Below, piece by piece: positions 18,513 through 28,700 of a DNA stretch of 64,000 bases (the stretch's first letter is position 1; each line of letters opens with the position of its first letter). Origin of the DNA: Candidatus Obscuribacterales bacterium. GTDB lineage: Bacteria; Cyanobacteriota; Vampirovibrionia; Obscuribacterales; Obscuribacteraceae. Under the pieces are notes generated by a model. The model made no database searches, was not told the origin of the DNA, and worked only from the letters and a program-made list of their open reading frames with translations. The position numbers and the translations under genes were made by a program. The stretch lies in contig CBDDIJ010000003.1 of the NCBI GenBank assembly GCA_965228855.1, positions 64,001-128,000 of the forward strand. Direction: 5' to 3'.

Positions 18513-20615
18513 ATGGATCCTACGAGTCTAATGTACGCGTGCTTAGGGGGCGGCTGTGCTGCACTCCTTTATGGTGCCTATGCGGGCCAAAGCGTTCTTA
18601 AGTTGTCGGACGGTAACGAGAAAATGATCTCGATCGCCACCGCGATTCAAGAGGGCGCTAATGCCTACATGCGCCGTCAATACATGACGATTGCCGGTGT
18701 CGGTGTATTGCTTGCCATTATTATCGGCGTCACGCTGGGTGCAACGACAGCAGCCGGATTTGTGGTCGGCGCTGTTTTGAGTTCACTTGCCGGATTTATC
18801 GGAATGTATGTTTCGGTTAGAGCTAACGTTCGAACAGCAGAAGCTGCGCGAACCGGACTTGATAAAGCTCTTGCAGTTGCTTTCAAAGGTGGCAGCGTTA
18901 CCGGTCTTCTCGTAGTTGGTCTAGGTCTTCTCGGAGTTACCGGTTTCTACGCAGTAACCAGAGACGTCGCCGCGCTTGTCGGACTCGGTTTTGGCGCAAG
19001 CTTGATTTCTGTTTTTGCAAGACTTGGTGGTGGCATCTACACCAAAGCTGCCGACGTCGGCGCCGACCTGGTCGGTAAAGTCGAAGCCGGAATTCCTGAA
19101 GACGATCCGCGCAACCCGGCTGTAATTGCCGATAATGTCGGCGACAACGTCGGCGACTGCGCAGGCATGGCTGCTGACTTGTTCGAAACATACGCCGTGA
19201 CCGCGATTGCAACGATGCTTCTTGCGCACCAAGTGTTCGCCAAGACAGTGGAAGCACAAACCGCCGATGGTGGCATGTCGACTGTACTTTTGTTCCCCCT
19301 CGTACTGGGTGCTATCTCCATCGTCAGCTCTGTTGTCGGTGCGATGTTCGTTAAACTCGACGCCAGCAAAAACATCATGGCTGCTCTGTACCGTGGTCTC
19401 ATCGTGGCTGGTGTTCTCGCCGCCGTCGGTTTCTACTTCGCGACCAATCAAATGATGAGCGGTCTCGAACTTAACGGCGTCCCGGTTGAAACCTGGAAGT
19501 TCTACGTCGCTTCTCTCGTCGGTCTGGTTGTTACCGGACTGATCGTATTTATCACTGAATACTACACATCAACGAGCTTCCGTCCCGTCAGGCACATTGC
19601 CCAGGCTTCGGAAACCGGTCACGCAACTAACATTATCGCTGGTCTTGCGATCTCGATGGAAGCAACAGGCTGGCCGACGCTCGTTATCGTTGCCGGTATC
19701 CTCGTCTCGTATGGTCTCTGCGGAGTTTTCGGTGTGGCACTAGCGGCGATGGCTATGCTTTCAATGGCAGGCATCATCGTTGCAATCGACTCTTATGGTC
19801 CAATTACCGACAACGCTGGTGGTATCGCTGAAATGGCTGAGCTTCCGAAAGAAGTCCGCGCCGTCACCGACCCGCTCGATGCTGTTGGTAACACCACTAA
19901 AGCCGTGACCAAAGGCTACGCTATCGGTTCTGCAGGTCTGGCTGCTATCGTACTGTTCAGCTCCTACACCGAGGAGTTGAAAATGGCTCTAGCGAAAGCC
20001 GGTTCCGCCACCACAATTACATTTGATCTCTCTAGCCCATATGTTCTTGCCGGTTTGTTCCTCGGCGGTTTGATCCCGTTCTTGTTCTCCGCAATGGCTA
20101 TGGAAGCTGTCGGTAAAGCTGGCGGTCTGGTTGTCGAAGAAGTTCGTCGTCAATTCAAAGCCATCCCCGGCATCATGGAAGGAACTGCGAAGCCTGACTA
20201 CGCAAAATGCGTGGACATCGTAACGACCTCTGCGTTGAAACAGATGATCGTGCCAGCACTTCTTCCGGTTCTGACACCGGTTATCATCGCGATGCTTGGT
20301 ACGTTCTGGTTGTCGAAAGCGCTTCCGGGCGAATACGCTGCTGCGAAAATTCTCGGTGGTGTTCTCGTCGGAAGTATCGTGACCGGCATCTTCGTTGCCA
20401 TCTCGATGACCTCTGGTGGTGGCGCCTGGGACAACGCTAAGAAGTACATCGAAGACGGACATCACGGTGGCAAAGGTTCGGAAGCTCACAAAGCTGCCGT
20501 CACCGGCGACACCGTAGGCGACCCGTACAAAGATACCGCCGGTCCGGCAATCAACCCGATGATCAAAATCTTGAACATCGTGGCACTGCTACTGGTGCCG
20601 TACCTCGCTCTGTAA
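18513..20615 (+). CDS. hppA: Membrane H+-translocating pyrophosphatase, K+-independent type
   Basis: [26 protein letters not shown] (Lys variant = K+-independent), [10 protein letters not shown]. Confidence 0.96.
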   Translation: MDPTSLMYACLGGGCAALLYGAYAGQSVLKLSDGNEKMISIATAIQEGANAYMRRQYMTIAGVGVLLAIIIGVTLGATTAAGFVVGAVLSSLAGFIGMYVSVRANVRTAEAARTGLDKALAVAFKGGSVTGLLVVGLGLLGVTGFYAVTRDVAALVGLGFGASLISVFARLGGGIYTKAADVGADLVGKVEAGIPEDDPRNPAVIADNVGDNVGDCAGMAADLFETYAVTAIATMLLAHQVFAKTVEAQTADGGMSTVLLFPLVLGAISIVSSVVGAMFVKLDASKNIMAALYRGLIVAGVLAAVGFYFATNQMMSGLELNGVPVETWKFYVASLVGLVVTGLIVFITEYYTSTSFRPVRHIAQASETGHATNIIAGLAISMEATGWPTLVIVAGILVSYGLCGVFGVALAAMAMLSMAGIIVAIDSYGPITDNAGGIAEMAELPKEVRAVTDPLDAVGNTTKAVTKGYAIGSAGLAAIVLFSSYTEELKMALAKAGSATTITFDLSSPYVLAGLFLGGLIPFLFSAMAMEAVGKAGGLVVEEVRRQFKAIPGIMEGTAKPDYAKCVDIVTTSALKQMIVPALLPVLTPVIIAMLGTFWLSKALPGEYAAAKILGGVLVGSIVTGIFVAISMTSGGGAWDNAKKYIEDGHHGGKGSEAHKAAVTGDTVGDPYKDTAGPAINPMIKILNIVALLLVPYLAL

Positions 20616-20651
20616 TTTTTGCGGAGTTAAGCACTTCTCTCTGGAGTAACT

Positions 20652-21101
20652 GTGCAGATCAGAATTGCCAATCGGCAAGATGAACCTGAGATCCGGACTT
20701 TTGTAGACACGATCTATCAAAAGTCCGGATCGTCTTTAAATATCGAAGAGCAGGATTCCGACCTGCGAAACATGGAAGCCAATTATTTCGGCAAAGAGGG
20801 ATTGTTTCTCGTAGCCGAGGACAATGACAAAATTATTGGCATTGCCGGGGCTAGAAAAAAAACGGAAAAGGTTTTGGAATTCAAACGGTTGATGGTGTCG
20901 GATGATGAAAGAGCCGACCAGATATTGAACGAGATGATCGACGTGATCGTTCAATTCGCGCCGCGCATGCTGTTTGAACAGATTGAAGTGACTGTCCAGA
21001 ATGGACCCGGTAGACTCAATCAGCTTTTATCTACTAAGGGTTTTAAATCCGGCGGGCAAAACGAGGTCGCTCTCAGTCTGGCTGTCACGCCTGACTTCTA
21101 A
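20652..21101 (+). CDS. GNAT-like acetyltransferase (divergent)
   Basis: IRIA...FLVAEDNDKIIGIAG...EFKRL pattern; acetyl-CoA motif poorly conserved. Confidence 0.6.
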   Translation: MQIRIANRQDEPEIRTFVDTIYQKSGSSLNIEEQDSDLRNMEANYFGKEGLFLVAEDNDKIIGIAGARKKTEKVLEFKRLMVSDDERADQILNEMIDVIVQFAPRMLFEQIEVTVQNGPGRLNQLLSTKGFKSGGQNEVALSLAVTPDF

Positions 21102-21195
21102 TCTGGGGAAGCATAAGTTTTTTCGAGACAAGCTATTGTTTCCGTTGTACTATGTCGAAAGGGGCATACGACGAAAATACGACGAGGCTTTCATC

Positions 21196-22533
21196 TTGCT
21201 AAAGCGCGCCCAATCTTTTTTGCTTAGAAGTCTTGCGTTGTCGCTCATAATTAGCGGCTTAACCGTTCCACTCACCTCATGCGGATTCGTCGAGAAATTG
21301 CAGACCGCAAATTTATTGTGGAAATATACCGCCCCTCAAAAATCTATCTGGTCCGCCGAAGGGGCTGCTGAAACTCCGCAGGTAAAAGGCGATCGCATTT
21401 TTTACCTGGGAGGCTATCCGTGGAACAATCAGATATTTTTGAACTGTATCGATCGAGTGACCGGCAAAAAGGTCTGGTCCAGTGACGACGAGATAAAACA
21501 GTTCAAGCTTACGGACACACAGGTGTTCGCTACTGCCCGGCAAGATTTATTCAAACGTGAGCCCGGCCGTGCAACGAAAGTGTGGGTGCGGGCCTATGAC
21601 TTGCCTACCGGTAAGCTGCAGTGGAACCGCTTCGTCATGGCCGGAATCGACGGTGTGAAAGTAGTCGCTGTTGGCGAGCATGTGTTTTGTACTTCCGACA
21701 ATCAGCTGTACGCGCTTGATAAAACAAACGGAAAAGAAGTATGGGTTGCGGATTCGGGCGTGTATCCGTCTATCGCGCCCAATCTATTGATTACCGATAA
21801 GTACATCATCGCTGAGTTGCAGGACCGCACGATTGGATTTATAAATCCTAAAACCGGAAAGACTGAAGACAAGCTTGTTTTAAATCAGATACGTGCAGAT
21901 CAGGCAAGGGCGCTTATAATCGATGGCGACTTGCTGATGGTGGCAGGTTCCGATGGCACTTCGACTATAGTCAATATCAGCAGTCAAAAGTTGATCGGTC
22001 CAGTTGAAACAGAATGGATAAGTTCGAAAGTTCATATCGAAGACAGCGTTGCTTACTTCTGTAATTGCAACGGTAAGCCAGCGGCTTCGCAGCAAATCTC
22101 ACCGCAAAATGACATCTTCCACTTTTGCGCCCTCGATTTGAACACTGGAAAATATCTGTGGAAGACGAAAGTTGACGCGGGCATAAAGGCGAAAGCCTTG
22201 ATTCTATCTGACAAAGTTTTCGTCGGCACCGCCGGTGATGGCGACAATTTCTTGTACACCCTCGATCGAAAAACCGGCGAAGTAGAAAAGAAAGTTGCGC
22301 TAGAGAATACCCTTTCAGGCGCAATTCTGGCAAACGGTTTGATTTATGTGAATGCCGGTTCTTTACTGGCAATTGAACCGAGCACCGGCAAAATCGTCTG
22401 GCAGTTTAAACCGCAAAAATTCAAAATGGACAGCGAGCCTGTCTTTCAAAACAACGTAATTTACGCGGTCGGGCAAGATTCGAATCTTTATGCGTTCAAC
22501 CCAGTTTCCGAGAAGAAAGTGGCGACAAACTAA
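21196..22533 (+). CDS. PQQ-like beta-propeller (BamB-like) lipoprotein
   Basis: Repeated LYALDxxTGKxxW blades; lipobox LTSC. Start moved to the TTG after GAGG. Confidence 0.8.
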   Translation: MLKRAQSFLLRSLALSLIISGLTVPLTSCGFVEKLQTANLLWKYTAPQKSIWSAEGAAETPQVKGDRIFYLGGYPWNNQIFLNCIDRVTGKKVWSSDDEIKQFKLTDTQVFATARQDLFKREPGRATKVWVRAYDLPTGKLQWNRFVMAGIDGVKVVAVGEHVFCTSDNQLYALDKTNGKEVWVADSGVYPSIAPNLLITDKYIIAELQDRTIGFINPKTGKTEDKLVLNQIRADQARALIIDGDLLMVAGSDGTSTIVNISSQKLIGPVETEWISSKVHIEDSVAYFCNCNGKPAASQQISPQNDIFHFCALDLNTGKYLWKTKVDAGIKAKALILSDKVFVGTAGDGDNFLYTLDRKTGEVEKKVALENTLSGAILANGLIYVNAGSLLAIEPSTGKIVWQFKPQKFKMDSEPVFQNNVIYAVGQDSNLYAFNPVSEKKVATN

Positions 22534-22537
22534 CTGG

Positions 22538-22855
22538 CTAAAGTAGCGATGCGATCAGATCGAAGTAAGCGGCAATATCGTTCCTCGAAATTCCGTCCTG
22601 AGAACTGTCCTCCGCGGCTTCGACTATTTGCTCGTGATTATTCAACAGGAAAGTAATAAGCGACTTCTCTCTTTCGCTGATAGAGGGTGAGTTAATTGCG
22701 TTCAGCAGCTCTTCACGCTCGATGAAACCATTTCCGTTAGTGTCGAGTTGGTCGAAAATCAAGTATGCATATGTTTTGATCTCGCCGAAATGTTCTCCGA
22801 GATCTTCTCGCTTGTAGTCGTTGAACCATGAGTTCTGGAAGTTTTCGTCTGTCAC
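22538..22855 (-). CDS. EF-hand Ca2+-binding protein
   Basis: DTNGNGFIEREE canonical loop; second degenerate loop DGISRNDI. Confidence 0.8.
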   Translation of the reverse strand: MTDENFQNSWFNDYKREDLGEHFGEIKTYAYLIFDQLDTNGNGFIEREELLNAINSPSISEREKSLITFLLNNHEQIVEAAEDSSQDGISRNDIAAYFDLIASLL

Positions 22856-23057
22856 GATTTGCCTCACAAGTTGACAGCAATATTTTGCCCATCACTGCCA
22901 TACTTTTGCAAGGACCATGTTGACTCACTTCCCGTCTTGTGTTTTGCTACACTGAGAACGGACCGCCGCAAAGGCGTTTGCCAGATTGATGCAATCGCCA
23001 GGCACCACATTATGACGTGTGTCACTTTACGTGACTGCTAGTGAGCGAGGAAAAGTC

Positions 23058-23651
23058 ATGAATTCTGCCGTGATGAAACGAACTAGCGTTTGGGCCGCCA
23101 CTCTGTTTGTCTTCGTTTTAACTCTTGCCGGATGCTCGTCACCTCCGGATCAGCAGCAGAAAAGCGAGCAGTCGTCGATTGGTGAGCGGCCGATTGGTTT
23201 TCTTCCGACAAGCTCCGTGCGTAGCAATACTCTCGTAGAAGTCCGGCAAAAGTACGGCGATAATTATCCGCATCAGCTCGACCCGAATTACAAGCCCAAA
23301 CCGCCAGGCAAGATGCAAATGATGCCTGATGGTCTGCAGTACCAGGACCTGACGGAGGGATGGGGTCTCAGCCCGTCTCGAGATCGAAACGTCATGGTTC
23401 ACTATACGGCGTACCTTGATGGAAATAAGATTGAGAGTTCGCTCGATCGCGGTATTCCGTTTCAGTTCAAAATCGGCTCCGGTAAAGTCATCAAGGGCTT
23501 CGAAGAAGGTTTGATGGGGATGAAAGTGGGCGGCTCCAGGAAGGTCATTATTCCGCCGGAATTGGGCTACGGCGTTGAGGGACACGGAAAGAAAATTCCC
23601 CCGAACGTGACACTCACCTACGAAATAAAACTGCTCAGTTGTGATCGATAG
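23058..23651 (+). CDS. FKBP-type PPIase lipoprotein
   Basis: Lipobox LAGC; VHYTA, VIKGFEEG, IPPELGYG, IPPN. Confidence 0.92.
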   Translation: MNSAVMKRTSVWAATLFVFVLTLAGCSSPPDQQQKSEQSSIGERPIGFLPTSSVRSNTLVEVRQKYGDNYPHQLDPNYKPKPPGKMQMMPDGLQYQDLTEGWGLSPSRDRNVMVHYTAYLDGNKIESSLDRGIPFQFKIGSGKVIKGFEEGLMGMKVGGSRKVIIPPELGYGVEGHGKKIPPNVTLTYEIKLLSCDR

Positions 23652-23709
23652 CTTGCGGCTGCCCGAGCCGATTGAAACTGTTTAAACGAAAATTGCAGCA
23701 ATCTCTTCG

Positions 23710-23734
23710 ACCGCATTGAAAAATGCGGTTTTTT
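23710..23734 (+). terminator. Intrinsic terminator
   Basis: ACCGCATT-gaaa-AATGCGGT followed by a T run, downstream of the FKBP gene. Confidence 0.75.
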
Positions 23735-24004
23735 ATTGCATTTGTGGAATAAGAGTACTTGGTTCCTTGGGTCCTCCTGAATCGACGCGTCCACGCTCGT
23801 CCAGACGAGGAAGATTAAACGAGGGATATCAAGGGGGTACCAATTGTTCACAAATGGAGCGTATAAATAGTGAGTCGCCATCTAACTGGGTTTTGGCTCT
23901 CCCTCCAGCCCGCCCCTTGTTCAAGAGCTGAATCCCACTTACTACCATATTGCGACTCCACTCGGAGACTAGTCGAACGACGGTTCGACTTGAGGGCTTT
24001 TTGC

Positions 24005-25675
24005 ATGCGCATGAATCGAAAAACTGTTCTCTCCTCTCTTTTTGTGCTGTTGATCTCCATGATCTGGCTACAGTCGCCTGCTCAGGCTCAGCTTCAGAGT
24101 CAGCGCGAGTCGTTCTTGAACAAGCTGGAACACATGCAGTTCGACCACAAAGGTTATGACATCATGGACCGGAAGAGTCGGGTTCAACCGAACCCAACTC
24201 AATCGTCTACGCCACAATTCGGCGAAGGCGGTTTTGCCGGTGCCGACGGCGGTAGCGGTAAAGCTCCGACCATGAACAGTACGCCGCAGGATCAGTCGTA
24301 CGCGCCGCAGGACCCGGTCCCATACAACGTCACAGGCGGCGTTCCGAACGGACAGAACATCGGACCTGGCAGTAACGGACCCTGTTTCCCTCACTGGCAA
24401 TGCGAACCTCCGGCTCTGTCCTCGACCGCTCCGGTACCGCCAACTGACAAACATTTGACCAGTTCTCCGGTCGTCAAATCACAAGCTCGGATGCCGAACC
24501 CGGAAGCGGGTGCGGTTTTAGCTCTTATGTCAAAAGTAAATGCGAGTAATGGTATGGACCAGAGCGTTCACGCCTTGCAGCGCACTATCGCCACCGTAGC
24601 TGGTGCGGACCTTGCAAAAGGTGCTCATGCGCAAGCAAAGAATGCAGCCGCCGGTGGTGCCGGTGCCGCTCAGGGTGCATCGGAAGCGATGGCTGACGCT
24701 TTCAACCCGACCTGGTTACAGATGCTGGTTTTATCCGCGACACCACTGCCCAATGTCGCGAATGAAGCGACTGGTTCCGCCTGTAGTGCAAGCCAGCCGA
24801 TCAAGACCTACAACAATTCTATTTACTTAGTCATGCAGGCTTACAAAAACATTTACCTGCCGATGGCTGTTTTGCTGTTGCTCCCAGGGGCGGTTTTGAC
24901 ACAAACCAAAGGTCTGGTGAGCGGTGGGATTCTGAGCAATCAAAATGACGAAGATGCAGTCAGTCCCTTCACCGGTATCTTGCGCAGTATCATCGCGATT
25001 TTCTTAATTCCTGCCAGCCAGCTGATCGTCAGCTGGACGATTGATGTTGGAAATTCGATGCAGTACGAAGTTTCCAGGCACATCAACTACCTCAACATTT
25101 ATATGTGGGGTGATGAGCAGGTGTTTAGAGCTCCGATTGAGAACGCTATACATACATTGAGACCGGGAGCGAGCTTCCCTGTACTAGGTAAATTGACTGA
25201 AGGACCGGAAAAGGAATCCGGCTTGGAATCTCAAAGTCCGGCGACAATTATGTTGCAGACCCTGGTCAACTCCACTGCTGATGCTGCGGCTTTCGGACTG
25301 GTGATTCTGTGCGCATTCCAGATAGCGATGGCTTGCTACTTGCTCCTTATGGGACCAGTGGCGGCAGCGCTTTATGCGTGGCCCGGATCGACCGGTTCAT
25401 TATTTACACGAGTCTTTGCCAACTGGGTTGACGCGATGATCAACCTGGCGCTTTGGCGCTTCTGGTGGTGCATCGTTCTGCTCTGTATCGATGTGCGATT
25501 GGGATGGTTAGCAGGTTTCGACATGTACACCGTCTGGGAGATGTTAATGTTCCTCGCCTTCCTGATCATCCTGATGTACGTTCCATTCAATCCGTTCGAT
25601 TACAAGGCGGGCGAAATGGTTTCGCAAATTATGTCCAAGTCTGACCAGGCCGTTAACCAGGCCACTTCTAAATAA
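24005..25675 (+). CDS. TrbL/VirB6-like polytopic membrane protein (paralog 1)
   Basis: Signal peptide ending AQA, soluble N-domain, 5-6 TMs with GPVAAALYAWP...FANWV. Family assignment is by pattern only. Confidence 0.55.
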   Translation: MRMNRKTVLSSLFVLLISMIWLQSPAQAQLQSQRESFLNKLEHMQFDHKGYDIMDRKSRVQPNPTQSSTPQFGEGGFAGADGGSGKAPTMNSTPQDQSYAPQDPVPYNVTGGVPNGQNIGPGSNGPCFPHWQCEPPALSSTAPVPPTDKHLTSSPVVKSQARMPNPEAGAVLALMSKVNASNGMDQSVHALQRTIATVAGADLAKGAHAQAKNAAAGGAGAAQGASEAMADAFNPTWLQMLVLSATPLPNVANEATGSACSASQPIKTYNNSIYLVMQAYKNIYLPMAVLLLLPGAVLTQTKGLVSGGILSNQNDEDAVSPFTGILRSIIAIFLIPASQLIVSWTIDVGNSMQYEVSRHINYLNIYMWGDEQVFRAPIENAIHTLRPGASFPVLGKLTEGPEKESGLESQSPATIMLQTLVNSTADAAAFGLVILCAFQIAMACYLLLMGPVAAALYAWPGSTGSLFTRVFANWVDAMINLALWRFWWCIVLLCIDVRLGWLAGFDMYTVWEMLMFLAFLIILMYVPFNPFDYKAGEMVSQIMSKSDQAVNQATSK

Positions 25676-25719
25676 CCACTACTCTGTTTGCGGGATTTGA
25701 AAATGCTTTTGATTAGAAG

Positions 25720-28700
25720 ATGGGAGTCGGTCAAAAAATGAGTAACCTCAAAAAATTCATTAGAATCGGCGCGGCTTCCCTGACCGTCCTGGTCTCGTTG
25801 TTGATATCCAGCGCTCCGTCGCTTGCGGTCCCATACGGACCGAATATGTGGAACATGCAACAGGGTGCTCTCAGAGGCAACGGACCTCAAGGCTCCGACA
25901 ATGTCTGCGCTCCCTATGTAGATTCTTCTCTCGGTGGTTCGTTTGACGCCAACGGTCAACCTGTAAGCGGTCCCTTCCCAGGTACTCTGGGCAAGACTGG
26001 ATTCGTCGGTAACGCCGCAGCTCAAGGCGATGCCAACAAATCGCTGCAAGCGATGCCGAAACAGATCGTCGACGCTGAGAAACAAGCAACGACCCGACAC
26101 CGCGGCGATGCCGTATCCGGTGAACTCACAGGTGCTGCAAACGGAGTTGCTCTTTCTGAACAAGTAGGTCAAGCAGCTGCTCTTGCCGGACGTACGTTGC
26201 AAAATGCTCAAGCTGGTCAGGCTCAGGCTGCAGGTGCCGCGACTGAAGCTGCCGATGTCGCCGGTGAGATCGGGCATGAGATGGCGGTGACTGCCATCTC
26301 CTACACATCGACTTTCTTGCACAACTTCACTGTTGAAGGCGGAAACCGCTGGAATCAAATCCGTGACAACATCTTTGTTCCGATGGGTGTTTTACTTCTG
26401 CTACCAGGGGCGGTGCTCTCCCAGGTCCGCGCAATCATGGCAGCAGGAAACCCTGTTCTCGGTCAAGTCAATCCTTTCGACGGAATACTGCGATCGATCG
26501 TCGCTGTTTTTCTCATTCCTGGAACCTATTTAGTATGCAACTACGGTATTGATTTGTCGAACTCGATAACCCACTCAATCGCTGATGAATACACGCGATT
26601 GTTTGGATCTGATATGTATCGAGACGCGATTTGCCATGAAATCAAAGCGATGCCCTGGCGTCTGCCTGAGGAAAACAGAAATACGATCGACATACCTGTT
26701 TCCTCAATGGGTGTGATTTTGCTCGGCAACTATACGCCGTTTGCTCAGCTTGAAGCTGACCTTATTGCTGTTAAGATCTACGATCCGTGCGCAGGAATTT
26801 ACATCGTCCCTCCGGATCGCGCTAACGAAGCGGTTCCCGCTGCTGTTATGGCTGCGCGTCTGATGGCAAACAGCTCCAATGCTTCGCTGACCACTTCCTG
26901 GAGTATTCTCTGTGCATTCCAGTTAGCGTATCTCTATTATCTGTGGTGCGTCGGTCCGGTCGTTGCAGGACTCTGGGTCTGGCCGATGAAGCACCTTCGC
27001 GATGCCCTGCCCAACTGGGTTGAGGGCGTTTTAACCGTATGCTTCTGGGCTCTTTTCTGGAACACAATCGTGCTCCTGATCGCCTGCTTTAGAGGCGTTG
27101 ATGAAACCGGAACCATTATTATGTTGGCGCTGAACACGCTCGCCAACCTTACTGTCAAATTCGCCTTCGACTTCGCGGGACTCGTCCGCGCCGCCGGTGG
27201 TGAAGCCATGAAGCTCGGTGAGAAGATGGCGCAAGCCGTCCAGAAAGCCGGCGGAGGCGGTAAAGGTGGTGGCGGCGGCGGTGGCGGCGGCGGCGGTGGT
27301 GACGATAAAAACAACGGTCCTGGTAACAATCCTGGAAACAATCCTGGAAATAATCCGGGAAATAATCCTGGACCTGCGCCCTCTCAACCGGTTCTGAATG
27401 CAGCAGCGACCCCTGTTGCGGCACCCGCTGCGACTCCTGGCGAAACAAGGAATAACACAGTTGTAGGCGCGCCTCTAGGCGGCCAGAATCCGACAGATCG
27501 TGGTGTTGGACCAGAAGGCCAACCACCCAAACCACCATCTGAAGTCACAAGTTCGCCTCCGATGGCCAACCAAGCTCCGACTGGTACAACCCTTCCACCA
27601 GGAGAGCAGCCCTCTCAACCTGGTGCGGATAAGGCTACCGGCGACGTGAGATCGGCAGCCGCGGAAGGACAGGCCCAGTTGACTGCTAGCGACGCGCCTG
27701 TGGTGATAGCTGCAGCCGCTAAAGCCGATGGAGGTGCGAAGCCTGGCGCCAAGCCTGGCACAAGCCCAGGCGAGGGTGGTGAGGATGCTATCAAGGAAGC
27801 CGCCAAGAAGAAGGCGGAGCTGGACGTTACCGCTGCAGCGGAAGGAAGCAAGAAGAAAGACGCGAAAACGCGTGCCCTGGCTTCTGCTACAGAGGCACCT
27901 CCCAGCGACTCACCGGTGAATCCGCCGGACAGCGTTCCTGAAGCCCGCGTGCCTGCATCTCCGGCACCAAGTCAAACTGTAATTACATCTTCGCCGCCTG
28001 GCGAATCTACTCCTCCAGCGACTCCGCCGGCGGAGCCGGGATCGAGAATAAGTCTTGCGCGTAGCGCCGCTCCTGCAGAGGCTGGTCCGCTCGTTATTTC
28101 TGCTGGTGGTCACACGCCGCAAAGTCCAGGATTGCAGGCCTCGCATGCTTCTCAGCCGCAAGCTCATAGTAGAGACGTGGCTGAAGGTCAACAGGTTGTT
28201 GCTCTCGGTAGCGGTGCTCCGACGCCGCCAGCCGGTCATGGCACGCCAATTGGAACGCCTCCGGCCGGACCGGTCGCTCACAGTCGTGACACCACCGGTG
28301 GTGTGGTTGGACCTGTGCACACGGGTACGCCTCCGGCAGGCACTGTACCGGAAGGTACCGCCGAGAAGCCGGCAGGAGCAAATCCTCCGGGTTCATCAGT
28401 TCATCAACGTGACGCTCACGGTGGAGTCGTCGGTTCCGTTCCTTCAGGAAAACCGCCGGCAGGTCCTTCACCGGCCACAACCACGGAAGCGCCGGTTGGC
28501 GGTCATCCTCCAGGTGCGCCAGTTCACAATCGCGACGCCCACGCTGGAGCCGTCGGACCAGTCGTCAGCGGTAGCGCTCCGGCGCATCCAGCTGAAGGCG
28601 CGCATCCGAAGACAGTCACTCCGCCTGCCGCTCCCCTCACTGGTGGTGAGCATAAGCGCGATATGCATGGTGGCTCAGTCGGTCCACTTGGAGGGGCTGC

